Shown in pieces: positions 1-14,317 of a stretch of DNA of 64,000 nucleotides. The stretch comes from Lama guanicoe. Taxonomy: Eukaryota. The notes under the pieces are model-generated. The model made no database searches. It worked only from the letters and a program-made list of their open reading frames with translations, and had not been told where the DNA came from. Every line of letters starts with the position of its first letter. Positions within the stretch are counted from its first letter, which is position 1. Both the position numbers and the translations under genes were made by a program. Where the stretch lies: the NCBI GenBank assembly GCA_013239625.1, contig MU054204.1:929537-993536 (forward strand), written 5' to 3'.

Positions 1-224
1 TATATACTACAACAAAAAGCCCTTTCTGACTTACCAAATTAATATTTTCCAAATGATAATATACAGGACTGTAAGAGTTCAAGAGTGTAAACTGATCAAC
101 CTTTACCCTCCTATGTATCCAATTCTACTTTTTATAATTTATACCAAAGAAATAGTTAAGGATGTGACAAAGATTTGACTCAGGATGTTCACTGCAACAC
201 TGATAGTGACAGAGAACAACTGGT

Positions 225-350
225 GGGGGAGGGAATAGCTCAGTGGCAGAGCACGTGCTTAGTATGCACGAGGTCCTGGGTTCGATCCCCACTACCTCCA
301 TTAAAAATAAATAAATAAACCTAATTATCTCCCTCCCCTCCGAAAAGAAA
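225..350 (+). mobile_element. Camelid tRNA-derived SINE (Vic-type)
   Basis: GGGGGAGGGAATAGCTCAGTGGCAGAGC (A box) ... GGTTCGATCCC (B box), then the (AAAT)n-CCTAATTA tail shared with ~23 other copies in the window. Confidence 0.85.
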
Positions 351-840
351 TCTACCTAGAAGACAAAGGCCCTGAAAGTATAGAGTGGAGAGTCCACACC
401 ACTTAAGGCTCTAGAGTTGTTTTCTTTCTGGATTTTATCTTGAAAGTAATATTCTTCCTCCCCGCCCCTCAAAGCCTTTTTCTAATGCCAATGTCTTCCA
501 CACAAAACCAAACCAGTCAATTTGATGCACAATTAGCAGATAGGACAGGACAGAATTGAACACAGTGTTACTGGCAGTGCCGGTGTAGGGGGTAAGATGA
601 TTTTTTTTTCCTACTTTTTTCATTTCAAGATAGAGAAGCTTCTGTTAAGAGTAACATTTCTGGCCTCTTTCTACCCCCTAACTAACTCCTCCCTGTGGAA
701 AGAGCTACAGTTATTTGCTTGAGAGATTAGAGAATTTATAAGAAGAAATTCATGTTAAATCTAAATTTCAAGGTTGGCCCATAGTAACCACAGTTTAAAA
801 ACAATTAATCTGTCTGCCCATTCATCTATACATACCTAAA

Positions 841-950
841 GGAGGAGGGTATAGCTCAGTGGTAGAGTGCATGCTAAGCATGCATGAGGTCCTGGGTTCA
901 AACCCCAGTACCTCTATTAAATATTTTTTAAAAGATATGAAAAAAATAAA
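841..950 (+). mobile_element. Camelid tRNA-derived SINE
   Basis: GGAGGGTATAGCTCAGTGGTAGAGTGCATGCT...GGTTCAAACCCCAGTACCTC plus A-rich tail. Confidence 0.85.
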
Positions 951-1485
951 ACATATGCACAGGCACGAGGTATGTGCTTAAGCAACACTGGCTGCCTGGC
1001 TAATCCAGGAGATCAGAAATCAAAAGCCTTAGATAAGTAAGCTGTTCCTTGAGTGGAATTTTCTACATCTATGCAGGAAATGAGTGGGTCAAGGAAGACA
1101 CAGAACACAAATGGGTCCTTAACGAATCCCCACGTCAATGTACCGGACCTCTCTCCATCTTGTGCCACACAGAGCCTCCATTTGGTCAGCAGCAAACCAT
1201 GGCAGCTCAATGAACTGTCATCAATTTCTGCATGTACTTTTGAGGACAGAGGGGACATCTATTAAAACCCTATCCATCTTTCTCCAACCAGTTCAAATGT
1301 CACCTCCTCCCCAAGCCTTTCCTCCTCCTTACCACAGTTGCACATTACTTCTTGTCCTCTTAAGATTCTAAGCCCTTTGTTTCTACCACTCATTCCCTAC
1401 AACTTTATGGAGAGTCACGTGTGTACATGTTCTTTTACTAGATAAGAAGCTCCTTGGTGGCAAGGTCTAAGTTATTGATATTTTT

Positions 1486-1990
1486 CTTTAACTTTTTTTA
1501 TTGAAGTATTTACAATGTGTCAATTTCTGGGTACAGCACATTCTTTTCCACCATAAGCTACTACAAGATATTGAATATAGTTCCCTGTGCTATGCAGTAT
1601 AAACTTGTTTATCTATTTTATAAATAACAACCAGTATCTGCAAATCTTGGACTCCCAATTTATCCCTTCCCACCCCTTGCCCCCTTGGTAATCAAAAGTT
1701 TGTTTTCTATGTCTATGAGTCTGTTTCTGTTTTATAAGTAAGTTCATTTGTCTTTTTTTTTGATTCCATATATAAGTGATATCATATGGTATTTTTCTCT
1801 TTCTGGCTTACTTCACTAAGAATGACTTTCTCCAGGGCCATCCATGTTGTTGCAAATGGCATTATTTTATTTTTTATGGCTGAGTAGTATTCCATTGTAT
1901 AAATATACCACAGCTTCTTTATCCAGACATCCTTTGGTGGACATTTAGGTTGTTTCCATGTCTTGGCTATTGTAAATAGTACTGCTATGC
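1486..1990 (-). mobile_element. 5'-truncated young L1 (ORF2 end and 3'UTR)
   Basis: Typical L1 3' sequence in antisense with T-rich start; TSD-like AAGTTA(T/C)TGAT at ~1469 and ~1991. Confidence 0.85.
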
Positions 1991-2294
1991 AAGTTACTGA
2001 TTTTTATCTGAGCCACAGCATCAACACAGTGCCTTCCACAGTTCTTCATTAGATGTGTACAGGACTAAAACTTTAGAAATTACATAAGTTGAAAAGCATC
2101 TTCCCTCTCCACCCTGTAATAACACAACCATCAGAGAATAGCCCTAATGCCCACCTTGGAGACTTACCGGTGACAACAGCAAACTTTAGCCCAACGTACT
2201 TAAATATGTTTGCCTTCCTCAGCTTTTAGTTTCATGTACATAATACGGTGAGGTATCAACCACCCCCAGGAGGTAGCTTGATAAACCTCTCTAG

Positions 2295-2570
2295 AGCAGT
2301 GCCATCTAACCTAAATTTAAAAATGCCAACCACATATGCAACTTTAAATTTTCTAGAAGCCACATTAAGAAAGTAAAAAGGAACAGGATGAAATTAATTA
2401 TAATAATAGATTTTATTTAACACAATATATCTAAAGCATTATCACTTCAACATGTAATCAATATTTTAAAAATTACTGAAATACTTTATATTCTTTTTTT
2501 ATCATACACATTCTTTGAAATCCAGTGGGTATTTTCTATTTACAGCATATCTCAATCCATACCAGGCACT
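2295..2570. mobile_element. hAT-Charlie MER33-like DNA transposon remnant
   Basis: TTTAAATTTTCTAG.AGCCACATTAA.AAAGTAAAAAG...GAAATTAATT motif recalled from MER33. Confidence 0.65.
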
Positions 2571-2579
2571 ACTTATTAG

Positions 2580-2750
2580 CTATGAAAACTAGTTATTTAA
2601 GCTCTCTTTACCTCAGTTTCCTCAATTTTAAAATAGGAATAGCAGTATTCACCTTATAGCTGTACTGAAGTTTAACAATATGTGTAAAGGGCTTAGAACA
2701 GTATCTGGAAAAATTGTAATGGCTTAATAAATATTAACTACCTTTATCAT
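2580..2750 (+). mobile_element. MIR SINE
   Basis: CCTCAGTTTCCTCA...GTAAAGGGCTTAGAACAGT core. Confidence 0.7.
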
Positions 2751-3762
2751 TAACATCCTCCATTTACTGTATGAAGGAACTGAGCATCTGAAGGAACCAA
2801 GTATATTTCCCAAGTTCATAAAGCAAATCAATGCTGGTTCTATTCTCTTTTAAATACTCATTCTATTAAACCATACAGGGCAGCTGGGAGCAATGGAAAA
2901 TCATATTTTTTACCCATTTAAAATTCCAAAGTGCTAGCCAAATGGAGTTTGGGAGTCAGTCCAAAAGGCAACATTCTGCAAAATGGTAGCTTAGAGAAAT
3001 GCTATCCAGCTGTGTTATACTAATGGTCCTTTCACCCTACCACTCCCTTTAAGTTCCACCCCCCATTTGTGTAATATGGCATCCAAGTTCATTGGTGACA
3101 AAAGCCTAACTCCTTTTTTACTCTGCATTATTTTGGGTTATTCTGTTGCTTTTTTTTCTAAGATGACTAGTGAGGCTTAATATTCGTGTATACATTTGCA
3201 AAACACCTGGCACCTAAGATTTTCCACTCTGACATACTTGATTGTGCTCTTCAGGAAAAGCAGCAACATAGAAGCAATGACAGAATTGAATGAACAATGG
3301 CCTAGAAATTAAGAGACCTGATTGCAGGCCCAGGGCCTATGATTACATCACTAGGTGACCTTGGGCAACACGCTTAAACACCTGAGCTATATCTCAGTTT
3401 AAGATAAGGTCACCTGTAGTATTTAGGTCTAAGAATTAAAATGCAGTATGCCAGAACAATAACTCAAGATAAAATTACATCAGGTCTTAGCATTCTTTTT
3501 TTTTGTCTCTAAGTGTTCTGGCAGTAAGTTCCCCCTGAAAAAAAAAAAGAGTAATTACAAAGTTTGGGGCTAATTTCCTTTAATATCTATATTAATTAGA
3601 ATACCCAGAAAAGCAAATAAGGTTCAACTACGTGATACTTATGCTGCTATCACTGAAATCCAAACAACTGTCATAACATCTAAGGTTAACAATTATAGGA
3701 CATCAGCATAAATACAAAGGGGCACCAATGCCACCTCCATGGCTCCCTCCCAACCCCAAATT

Positions 3763-3977
3763 CCCTGGTTTTTCCAACTTCACTGTTGACATCTTGGGCC
3801 AGGTCATTCTTTCCTGTGGGGGGCTGACCTGGGCATTATAGGATATTAGCAATTTCCCTGACTTCTCCCCACTAGATGCCAGTAACACCCCCCCACAGTT
3901 GTGACAACCAAAAATACCTCCAGATATTGACAGATGTCCCCAAGAGGAGCAAAACTGCCCCCCGCTGAGAACCACTA
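3763..3977 (+). mobile_element. MER20 (hAT-Charlie)
   Basis: CCCACTAGATGCCAGTAACACCCCCCCACAGTTGTGACAACCAAAAAT...TGAGAACCACT is characteristic of MER20. Confidence 0.85.
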
Positions 3978-6081
3978 TTATGGACCATCTAACGATGGTG
4001 ACCTTCAATTTCTTTGGACTTAGGCTTATACAAAGACCTGCAATTTTCAGTGTGTCATTTGCTTATGACACAGACTCATTAATACAACACGGAGCAATCA
4101 ACTTTCATGGGCAATCTGGATTCTCAAGAGGCAGAACCTTTCCAGTTAAGTTGGATTTAATATACCTATAGTGGAAAATACTTTTGGAAAGTGACCCATC
4201 ACACTGCAGAGCTTATCTATACATCTTTTTTCAGAGCCAAAACAATGTTTTCACACAAACAGTGATTCCAGTAGCTAATATTTTAGATAAAGATATTTAA
4301 GTTTTATATTTAAGTTTTAGAACCCATGATATTTTTCTTTAACGTTAGCACCCTGGCTTTAATTTACTGATCAAAGTTTGCAATACACTACCCATCTGTC
4401 ACTTTACACTCCTCCAACAAATCCCCGTCCTTTTTTGGATTCACCTAACCTCTCACATGTTCTGGTTCCCAATGACTGGGCCGTATCTCAGTCACTCAAC
4501 TTTCCATCTAAAGTTCTGACAGAGTGTTATTCTAGTTCCTCAGATCTGTGCATGTAGGCAAACCGGGGAGGAGTACTAATGAGAGCTTAGCAGCCATAAA
4601 ATAATAGGATCAACCAAACTTACAGCTGATACCTTTAATGCTATGAGGACACAAAAATAAATACGTATTAGACATGAAAGAACCACAGAACAGAAACAAC
4701 CACAGAAAGAATCACATCAACCACATCCTCAAAGTCATTCAGCTGTATTGTCTGATAGGCCGAAAGCACAGCATTCAAGTTCAGGGTGTTCTGTTCACAG
4801 CTATAGATAAAGAAGTAGAGTTGAGAGCTAAGTTGATGGGTTTGGGGACTCAACACCTGGAAGTAAGGACAGCAACACGATAGTGGTGGTTACCTCAGAG
4901 CAGACGGCTGGACAGGAACTTTCACTTTTTACTCAAGATGCTTCTAGATGATTTTTTTTAAGATAAACATGTCATCATGTATTACTTTTATGATGAAAAA
5001 CCAAAAGAGGTAAAGGCAGAAGAGAAGACGAAATCTCACAGGGAGAGAATACAAATAGAGAAAAGGCAAAAAACTCAGTGCTCCCAAATATGGACACAAT
5101 TAGTGGGCAGAAGGAAGCAAAAGCAACAGCAGAAGAGCCAGGCAGAAAGAGAACCGGGAAAGTACAACTCTGTGGCCAAGGGAGGGAAGTTTCAAAAAGG
5201 AACTGAACTGTCAACAGAATCAAAAAGGGAAAAGGGGAGAGAAATAAGATGGCAGAACAGAATTTAGACCTAAAAGAGGCTTCTTAAAAATCATCACCTT
5301 CTCCCTACATTATGTCCCTCAATCTTTGAGAAAATTTAGACCCAGAAAGGTTAGGTGGCTGGCTAGACAAATATTAGCATCTGGAGAGCACAGCAAAGGG
5401 AGACCATAAGGTGTTTATAGATAGTCTAGCAAATGGGTTCACTTGGAAGGAAGGAAGATCCCAGAAGAAAAGGGGCATCGGTAAATAAAGAGTACCTGGA
5501 ATAGACAGGAAGAGATGGGACTGAAGACGGAAGCAAACAAAAATAATACAACTTTTCCTTGGGAGCTGGATATCCTGTTTCCTTTTTCACTTGGATTGTT
5601 AGATTTAGGAGGTCAGAGGACTCACATAAAGTACCTAGGTTTCCCCAAAACTTCACTCTTAGCTCCTTTCCCCTCTCAAACTCTGCATATACTCTAGGCT
5701 CCACTTACCATCTTTACATGAAGGGCTCCCAAATCTCTATTTCAGCCCAACCCCTCTCTTAAGCACCCAGATCCACAGGAGATGAATCTCTACTTGGTTA
5801 TCTACAGGCATCCAAACTGAAATCTCATCTCCACAACTCTGCTCCTGCTCCAGTGCTCTTTGTCTTGGTGAAAGGCCCCATGTGATGAAGAATTTTAGGG
5901 AAATTACTGAACATCACCTCTTTTTGTATCTTTGTAATAAGCAAGGAAAAGAAAAACACATTCACTAGATGACAAAGTTGGAGTCACAGCTGTTAGAGTA
6001 GCCTTACCCACTGAGTGCCCATTAATGGCTTCATGGTAAGTTGCAAAATCTTCCATTAGCCTCGTTCAGCTCTATGCCAAC

Positions 6082-6600
6082 TGTAGCAGACACTTGTAGG
6101 TACCTCCAATAATGGCCACCTCCAGATGTTCATGCCCTTGCCTTGAGCATGGGTGAGATCTGTGACTAACTTCTAGCCAACAGAATACAGTGAAGATGAC
6201 AGGAAGTCACTCCCATGATTATCTATCATTCCTTCTTGCTATGGGGGCAGAGAGACTTTATCCTTTGCCAGCCTTCAGGAAGTAAGCTGCTCTGATGTGA
6301 TGTGCCTATGGAGAGGGCCACATGGCAAGGAACTACAGGTGGCCCCAGGGAGCTGAGGACTTCAATCCTACAACCATGAAGAACTAAATAAAACAGCCAT
6401 GTAGGCTTGGAAGAAGACCCCAAGGCCTCAAATGAGACTTGTGGTCCCAGTCCACAGTGATGGCAACCTGAGAGACAGCAAAGGACCCAGCCAAGCCATG
6501 ACAGACTCATGACCCACAGAAACTGTGAGATAATAAATGGGTATTGTTTTGAGCCACTAAGTTTGCAGTAATTTATTATGCAGCAATAGAAATGAACACA
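6082..6600 (+). mobile_element. MaLR LTR (MLT1-type)
   Basis: TGT start; GACCCACAGAAACTGTGAGATAATAAATG...TTTTGAGCCACTAAGTTTG...GCAGCAATAGAAA end. Confidence 0.8.
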
Positions 6601-9489
6601 CCAAGCAATAATTTATTAATTACTTGAATACAGATATTTATGAACTATGTATGATAATAATGCTAAAGCTAACAAGGTGAACAAGAAATAAAAATTAACT
6701 ATATTAATGTTTAAGTAAAAGGCTGAACAGAAAGTTTTTTTGTAAATATAAATAATTAAAAAGAGACAGACAGAGACAGAGACATACCTGAAGGAAGAAG
6801 TAGGCCTTGGGCTCATTTTGAACTCATAGTAACATGTAGCTGCCAAAAACCCAAAACTATGTGAGGCCATACTAATAAAGTATAATGCACAAAACAAAAG
6901 GAGAGGCAGTCCTACTGTACCATACGAGCTGGCCAAATCAAATTGATCAATATTTCCCGAGTGTCTCTAAGGCATTAGGAGCAATAAAGGGACATGCATG
7001 TTCCTGTCCCTCAAGTATTTTCCACTCTAATGGGGATCTAAGATAACCATTTTAAAAAGTTAAATCATAATAAAGAATTTTAAAAGTAGGTGAAGACAAT
7101 GATAGAAAAGATACTATAAAGCGGGCATTAGAATTCATCTGGTAGTTAGTTATAGGCAATATATAATAACAGAAGCAGGAGTTCAGAAGAGGGAGACAAT
7201 ATATTGTTATCAATATTATGATTATTGTTTTGCTGATATAACAGAAACATGAGTGTATTCAACACTGGGATTCAATTTCACATTACTGAGCACAAGTACT
7301 CAAATTATGAAAATGGGGAAGTTAAAAAACCATTCAGACAAGCTGTGCTATTTCAGGGGCTTTCTAGTGACAGAGAACACTACATTTTACAGATGAATAA
7401 CTACTGGCAAAGAAGGGTTAAATAATTTGTTGATGGATTAAAAGCCAGGAAGGCAATTGTACTGAGAAGCAGATTTTTCTCTTAGTCTAGGATGCTACTA
7501 AAAACTCACATTACCTTTCTACATTACAATGGCTATTTTTGGTTAATATGTTTTCACTAAAATAATCTGAAGTCCTGAGTTGTCCTTTACTCTTCTTCTC
7601 CCTCCAAAGTTGACCAGGAGTCAAGCTTTATCATTTCTTACTTTGTGAAGTCTCTCACATTTATCCCTTCCTAATTTAATTCCCCAAAGTTTAACATCTT
7701 ATCTCCAGGATCTCATACTGTTCTACCTGAATCTCTTTCAGCAATCTCCTAACTAATCTCTAATTCCAGTATCTCCTTCCAATCTGCCTTGCAGAGTTCT
7801 AACCATGACATTCTCTGCTCAAAGCCCTTCAACAGCCCCCCCTCCCATCCCACTGCCTGCACATCTCTTAGTCTGGGAGCCAGAATTGGATCCAAGTCCT
7901 GGCTCTACCACTTCCTAGCTATGTGACTTAGATTCTCATTTTTCTCATTTGTTAAGTGAGGATGATACCAACTTGTCTCATATATATGCCCTGGTTTTCC
8001 TGGGTCAGTCCCTGTGTATGCCTACCCCTTTTGATTAGCATGCCAATTCTCTCTCAAAAGTGTCCTGGTTTTGAAAATAAATCATTGAGTCCACAAAAGG
8101 TTGTTATGAGGATTTAATGAGACAGTGCACATAATTCTAACAGGCCTAGCATGATGCTGTCTTTTCTCATACTCTCAAACGTACCTTGTACTGTGATGCC
8201 TGGAATCACATCTCCAACACTGACAACTATAGAAAAACCTACGCTGTACTACAAGGTCTAACTCAGATGCCATCTCCTCACCTTTGCCCAACTCCTCTGC
8301 TCATCTAAACCTCTTGTATCATGTGTATCTAACACTAGCTTAGATCATGGTTACATGTGCACATGTTTTCACTTCCTCAGAGATCAGCTGTGGGGAGGGC
8401 AGTGTCCACCTCTGGTTCCTCTTAGTCCCACTTGTGACACCGAGCAGTGTTCTTCACATGAAAGATACTAAATTACTTACTTCAATTCAGGAAGAATTCA
8501 GGATTTGGGCCACAGAATTGAATTTCACTTGTCCGTTGACTGTTTAATTCAAGCCTTCTGCTTTCTTACCCCCTTAACATAATTTCACTTGCTCATTAGT
8601 ACCATGGTAAGGGTTCTAGAACTAGGCTGCCTTGGATCTAGGTTCTATCCATTACCAGTTTAAAATGCATGTAAAGCACTTGGGAAAAGAACACATTAAG
8701 TAATGGATAAATGATAACTATTCTTATTTGTTCTCTTCTCTTCCTTGAGCTCAGTCAAATCAGAATTCTTTACTATGGAGTGAGGCCTCTCAGCAACATT
8801 CTCTGCACAGGGCAGTCAACTGCTGGCTCTCAGCAGATAACAAAGTCTAGCCCCCTTGTCGCTCAGGGGCTTCTCTGTCTTTCCAAGATGTCTGTTTCTT
8901 CTCCCACTTTCCCCTTCCTTTATGCCTATAGTCCACACTGGGGCCATTTCTAACAGCTTCTCTGATCACCAGATGAGACTCTGATCTCTGATCAAAGATG
9001 AGACTCTTCCTGTCTGGTTCTCTATGCATCACTTTCAGGTCCAGGTTCAAGTTCAACCTCAAACCACACTCCAGGCAGCTCCTTAGGCTCTATGGTTTCC
9101 ACAACCATAAAAATCTCTCAAAAGTTGCACTCTTACCAATTCCAATCTTTCTATGCCCATCTACAGCCTGAAATGACAGCCTTTCTCCTCTCTTATGATT
9201 GTTTCCATCACTCCAGCCTCTGCCACCTGCCCAATTAGACATGCACACAATTATACATCCGAGAGTAAAACGTCTCTTGCACATTAATCCCTTTTTAAGT
9301 TTTCTACCACCCATCTCCTGGCTAAAATTCCACATATTAGAGAACCAGGGTCAGTTAAGGGTAGCCAGTGACTCTCATCTCTACACACACACAACTGAGT
9401 GAAGGAAATATTTATTATAGCAAATCAAGAGGACATTCAACTGGACATTCCTTTTACTTTTTGTATCTCAGGCAAAAACCTTGTTTTAG

Positions 9490-9890
9490 GTGGAAGGGGC
9501 AACATAGGTAGGGGTAGGGGTTAAGAGATACAAACTATTAGGTATAAAATAAGCTACAAGGATATATTGTACAACACAGGGAATATAGCAAACATTTAAA
9601 ATAACTATAAATAGAGTACAACTTTAAAAATAGTGACTACATTGGACACCTGTAACTTATATAATATTGTACATCAATTATACTTCAATTAAAAAAATAA
9701 CTAAAAGACAATTTTTTTAAATGGCAACCATTTGCAACACGGATGGACCCTGAGGGCATTATGCTAAGTGAAATAAGTCGGAGAAAGACAAATATTGTAT
9801 GTTCACAATAGATACATATATTAAATAATTACATTGCACACCTAAAAGTAACAAAAGGTTATATGTCAAATATATTTCAACAAAAAATTT
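9490..9890 (+). mobile_element. L1 3'-end fragments
   Basis: AAGCTACAAGGATATATTGTACAACACAGGGAATATAGC...; a second piece ATGGACC..GAGGGCATTATGCTAAGTGAAATAAGTC. Confidence 0.75.
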
Positions 9891-10233
9891 TTTTTAAACT
9901 TAAACAAAACAAACCCAAAAAGCCTCTTTTGGTGAAGGAGAGTGGGCTACAACACGCTTGAAGCACTTGAGAATTTAAGTTAATCAAAACTTTTTTTTTT
10001 TAACACAAATAGAAGCAAAGTATATCTTCTCTGCTTCAAACATAAGACCATACCTGCATTCCTCCTCGGGTCCTTCAGCAAAAAGCTCGAGAAATTGTAG
10101 CCTAGCATTCACTTACAATATTTAAACAAGTTGAACAAGAACAACTATTTATCCAGACACTGAGATACTTACTTGTTTAACTGTGGCCCAGAATACAATT
10201 ACTATGCTACGGGTATTAAAATACCCACAGATC

Positions 10234-10258
10234 TATAAATCAATAAAAAATGTAAAAA
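10234..10258 (+). mobile_element. Extremely 5'-truncated L1 tail with 16-bp TSD
   Basis: TATAAATCAATAAAAAATGTAAAAA flanked by exact AAAATACCCACAGATC at 10218-10233 and 10259-10274. Confidence 0.7.
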
Positions 10259-11779
10259 AAAATACCCACAGATCAAAACTAATGACATAATTAAAACTGC
10301 TTCATCCAAAAAAAAAACCTAATAAAATCATGATTTTTACCTAATTTTATCTCACTTTCTTAACGTTAAGTTTTAACAAAGCCACATACCTCCCACCCTA
10401 ACCCCCACATCATGATGATTCCCTGGGTAGCTTTCAGAGGCCTTTGATTTGCCCAGACTCTGTTCCCTGTGCTTCACACCTGACCTCTCACCCCGGCCAC
10501 TATTATACCTTTTATATATAGTATAGTAGTGTCAAGAAAAGAATCAAGTCAGGTATGGGTTTCAGTTAAGAATTTATTATTTAAAGGCATTACGGCTTGT
10601 AAACTAGTCAAGCAGTATTGAAAAGTGTCAAGTGAAAATGAAAATCCCCTAGCCACCCTTAATCTCCAAGGTAACAACTGCTAATTGCTTCATGTGCATC
10701 CTTCCAGAGAACATCTACGCATATGTAAGTATATGTACTTACAAACTCATCTTTCTCTACCCTATTCTGCTCTTCTTTCTGCTGCAACATAAGAGATCAT
10801 ACAATACCATTCTGCACCATTTTTCTCATTACATAGAGAGCCGCCTCACTCTTTTTAACGAAATACGTTCCATAGTGCGTAAACCCCATTCTCTCCATCT
10901 CTCCAACCAGTCTCTCATGATGGACGTCACAATTATCGATAGGGAAAAAATGGCAACAACGAGGCAACGAACCTCCCTGTAACAACTTGACTTCTATGCA
11001 GTTACTTTTTAGACTAGATTCACTGGGACAAAAGGTATATGGACTTCACGTTTTGATGAGGACTTCCAAGCTTCCCTCCAAATGGGCTCTAACAATTTAT
11101 ACTCCCACCAACACTGCACAGAGAGTGGGTTTTTTAATCAATCATCTGGTCTGAAGTTCCTGCAGCTCAAATAGGGAACTAGACATTTAACAGAAAAACA
11201 GCAGCGCACTGATGACTTTGTCACATCTTTTACTTTAACACAGGCTAGAAAACCATGTGCCACAGTTGGTGGCAGTCACCCCATGCTGTGATTAGCCTTG
11301 CCCCCATACAAATGCAAATTTAGAGGGTGCTAATCCTCACAATTCATCCAGCTCTTTAAGTCAGGAGTTCCTTAGGTTCAGAGATTTTATTGAGTGAATT
11401 CAGCACAGAAGAGAAACTTATACTGCTCCTGGCAACACAATTATCTCTAACACCAGGAGTGCGACATAATGGTGTGATAGAAGGTGGTTTCCACTCACTC
11501 ATAATGTGTTAAAAGCATTGGCAATGGAGGTGCACTTTGAATATGTTACGAAATCAGTACAGCAGCCTGTTCTTGGGCAGAGGATGACCTGGTTGAGAGA
11601 TTTTGCTAGTTTAAGACAATCGGGTTTATTTTTCCCCCCGGTGATCGTCAACATCTGCACAGAATCTAGTGAATCACACATCCAATAACACTTATTTCAC
11701 ATTTTGCAAAGCACTTTGGCATATTTTACCTTATTTAATCTTCATGGCAATTCTGGTAGGAAGGCCAAGCGGGTATCAC

Positions 11780-12700
11780 TCATTAAACAAAGACTCAATG
11801 AACACAGAGTATGTGCCAGGTACTCTCTGCTAGATAGTTGGTTTGTCAAGATGAATGAGACACCCCCTGTCATTCACTGTTATCCTGCCCAATCTATCCA
11901 CAAAGCCTCCACACAGCACTCAGGATACTTGGTTACATGGCCTACAAAACCCCGTGTGATCAGCCCCCTGACCACCCTTCCAATTTCACCCCTGTGCCCC
12001 TTTCTACTGCATTCACTATGGTACAGCTGTACAGGACCAAGCTGGAGGAGATTCCAGGTTCTTTCCACCTCAGGGATTTCTGCTTTCTTTCCTCCACCTG
12101 GGGGATGCTCTTCCCCTAACTCCTACTTATCTTTCAATCTCCATTGAACCTGTCACTTCTTCTCAGACCCTTCCTCCCAATAAATTATGTCTCATTTCTT
12201 ATTCCTTTTCATAGGACTTGACAGCACTCACGATACCCCGTAATGAAATCTCTGTGTATTTCTTTGCATTCCAACTCCCCCACACAACTGCAAGGCTTAT
12301 TAGGAGGACAAGAATCAGGATTTTTACGGCCACTACTATGCCCGCAGCACCTGCCCTCTGCAGTGCCTGCTCCACAGAAAACATGAAAACCAAAGCACTG
12401 AACAAATACAGCCAATGCCTTCAAGAGAGATAGTCTGGTGGGGAAATACACAAAGAAGGAAAAGGCGAATTTTGCCAGAATTTTATGGGCAAGGTTGCAG
12501 GAAAGACCACAGAGAAGAGACGACTTCTGAGATGATGGCTGGAAGGTCAGTAGACATTTGCCAGGAAGGCGACCTACTGAAATGCTCTAGACCCCTAAGG
12601 GTGGAACACATGTGGGAAAAAGCGAGGACTGTGTAATGCTTCCCAGACTTTGGGCTTTGATATCTCGGTGGATGATGGTTAAATTATTCAATATGGCAAA
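11780..12700. mobile_element. Decayed L2 fragments
   Basis: L2-like motifs, e.g. CAGTGCCTG...CACTGAACAAATA and CTCCTACTTATCTTTCAA. Confidence 0.5.
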
Positions 12701-14317
12701 TGGAAGAGGAACAGGTTCTATCATATTTATTACCCGGATACATAACACAAGGGAAAGAAGCCCTTGGCAGTGTTGGGCATTTGGATGGTGGCCATTCCTC
12801 TGCCCACCTGCCTCTCACCACTCTCAGGCTAAACAGGAAAGATCATGATTTCAACCTGGGAATATTCAATGTTGAGTCATAGGTGGCCACACATCAGGCC
12901 AGGCCAAGGGAGGCCAGGGGAAGGACCAGAAGACTTAGGATAGAGAAGGCCAGGGGTTCCTCTAGATCAGAGCATTTTTTTTGGCCAGAAGATGTCGATG
13001 ATGTCATTTAGTGTGCTTATCTTTTTTGGGGGGTGAGGGAGCAGAAGAGGAAAAATTGATGGGGGGAGGAAAAAAGAAAAAGAAAAATTCAGTGCCCAAA
13101 CTAACTCACATGCCTGGTATTATCTCTTTCATTGCCACTCAACAGACCCTGTCCTGGATTTGGTTCTATGTTACAATTCCTGTGTTGCTCTTCACGGAAG
13201 TAGTCAGGGCAGAAATCCTAAATAAATACAATAAAATGCTACCTCATCCCTGAATGGTACTGGGTTGAAAAGCATGAAAATATGTCATTACTAACAGGGT
13301 TACCTCATCCTATGAACTCCACAACAGCTTCTCGGCTCTGACCACAGGTCTATAAATACCTCCGTGTTAACAGAAGGGTAGGAAGAAGTAGAAGAATCTG
13401 GCATTTGTTGCCACTCGTAGTGAAACTTTCTAGTGCCCCCTCCCCCTGCCCTGCCACACACAGCACAGCATTTCATCAAACAGGAAGCTTTGAATCATAA
13501 TTCTGGTGAAAACATGAGAACCTATAGTTTATTTCAAAACTGCTAACAGAGGGACGGGAAGAAAAAAAAAACACACATCCTGGAAGCCTCAATGACAAAA
13601 CAGTTCTTCTGGGGAAAAAAAAATCCTGATCTTTTCAAAGCCACAGTAAAGGAGGGGAAGTGATAGTAGGGAAAGACTAACACTGAGCAGAAAATTATAA
13701 AATAGCCAAGCTTGGCATGGAGGGTGGGGGGGAGGCATGAGGGAGCGTGTAAGGCAGCAGGGCTAAACAGACAGACAGACAAGACAGACAGACTGGCACT
13801 GATGATCAGGGACCCAGGATCTAACCCTGGCTCTGGGTACCATGTGACAGCCCCAGAATGAGTCTCCCTGGGCCTCAGTTTCTTCCTTCATAAGATGAGA
13901 TGTTGGAAACAGATCACCTCCACAGATCCTTTCCAGTGTCAAAACATCCCTTTAAGAGCACACTAATTTTTTTTTCCTGTTGAAATTATAATACCATCAG
14001 AAAAGCTACAATAGGCTGGGCAGTTTGGTGATTCGCAAGAAGCCGATGAGTAGGTATGATTATTATTATTTTTTATGGGTAGGGGATTTCCTCTTGGAGA
14101 AATGAAAATGTTTTGGAACTAGATAGTAGCTATGGTTGCACAACACTGTGAATGTATGAAATGTCACTAAATTGTACACTTTAAGATAGCTAAAGTGGTA
14201 ATTTTTAGGTTATGTGTATTTTACCACAATAAAAAAAGAAAATTTGCCCAAGACAAAAAAAATGAGCATTTATCTTTGGGATGCAATTTGTTTCCCTTAA
14301 TTTAAAAATGTGGGGGT

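Noticed and set aside
225..300. tRNA gene calls for SINE heads (here and at other copies)
   Set aside because: All continue into the shared SINE tail, are mutually diverged, and are usually flanked by TSDs.
4977..5267. 96-aa Lys/Gln/Glu-rich ORF
   Set aside because: Purine-rich low-complexity DNA with no recognisable homology or supported splice structure.
11704..12147. 147-aa ORF
   Set aside because: Lies over decayed MIR/L2 sequence and has a non-ATG start.
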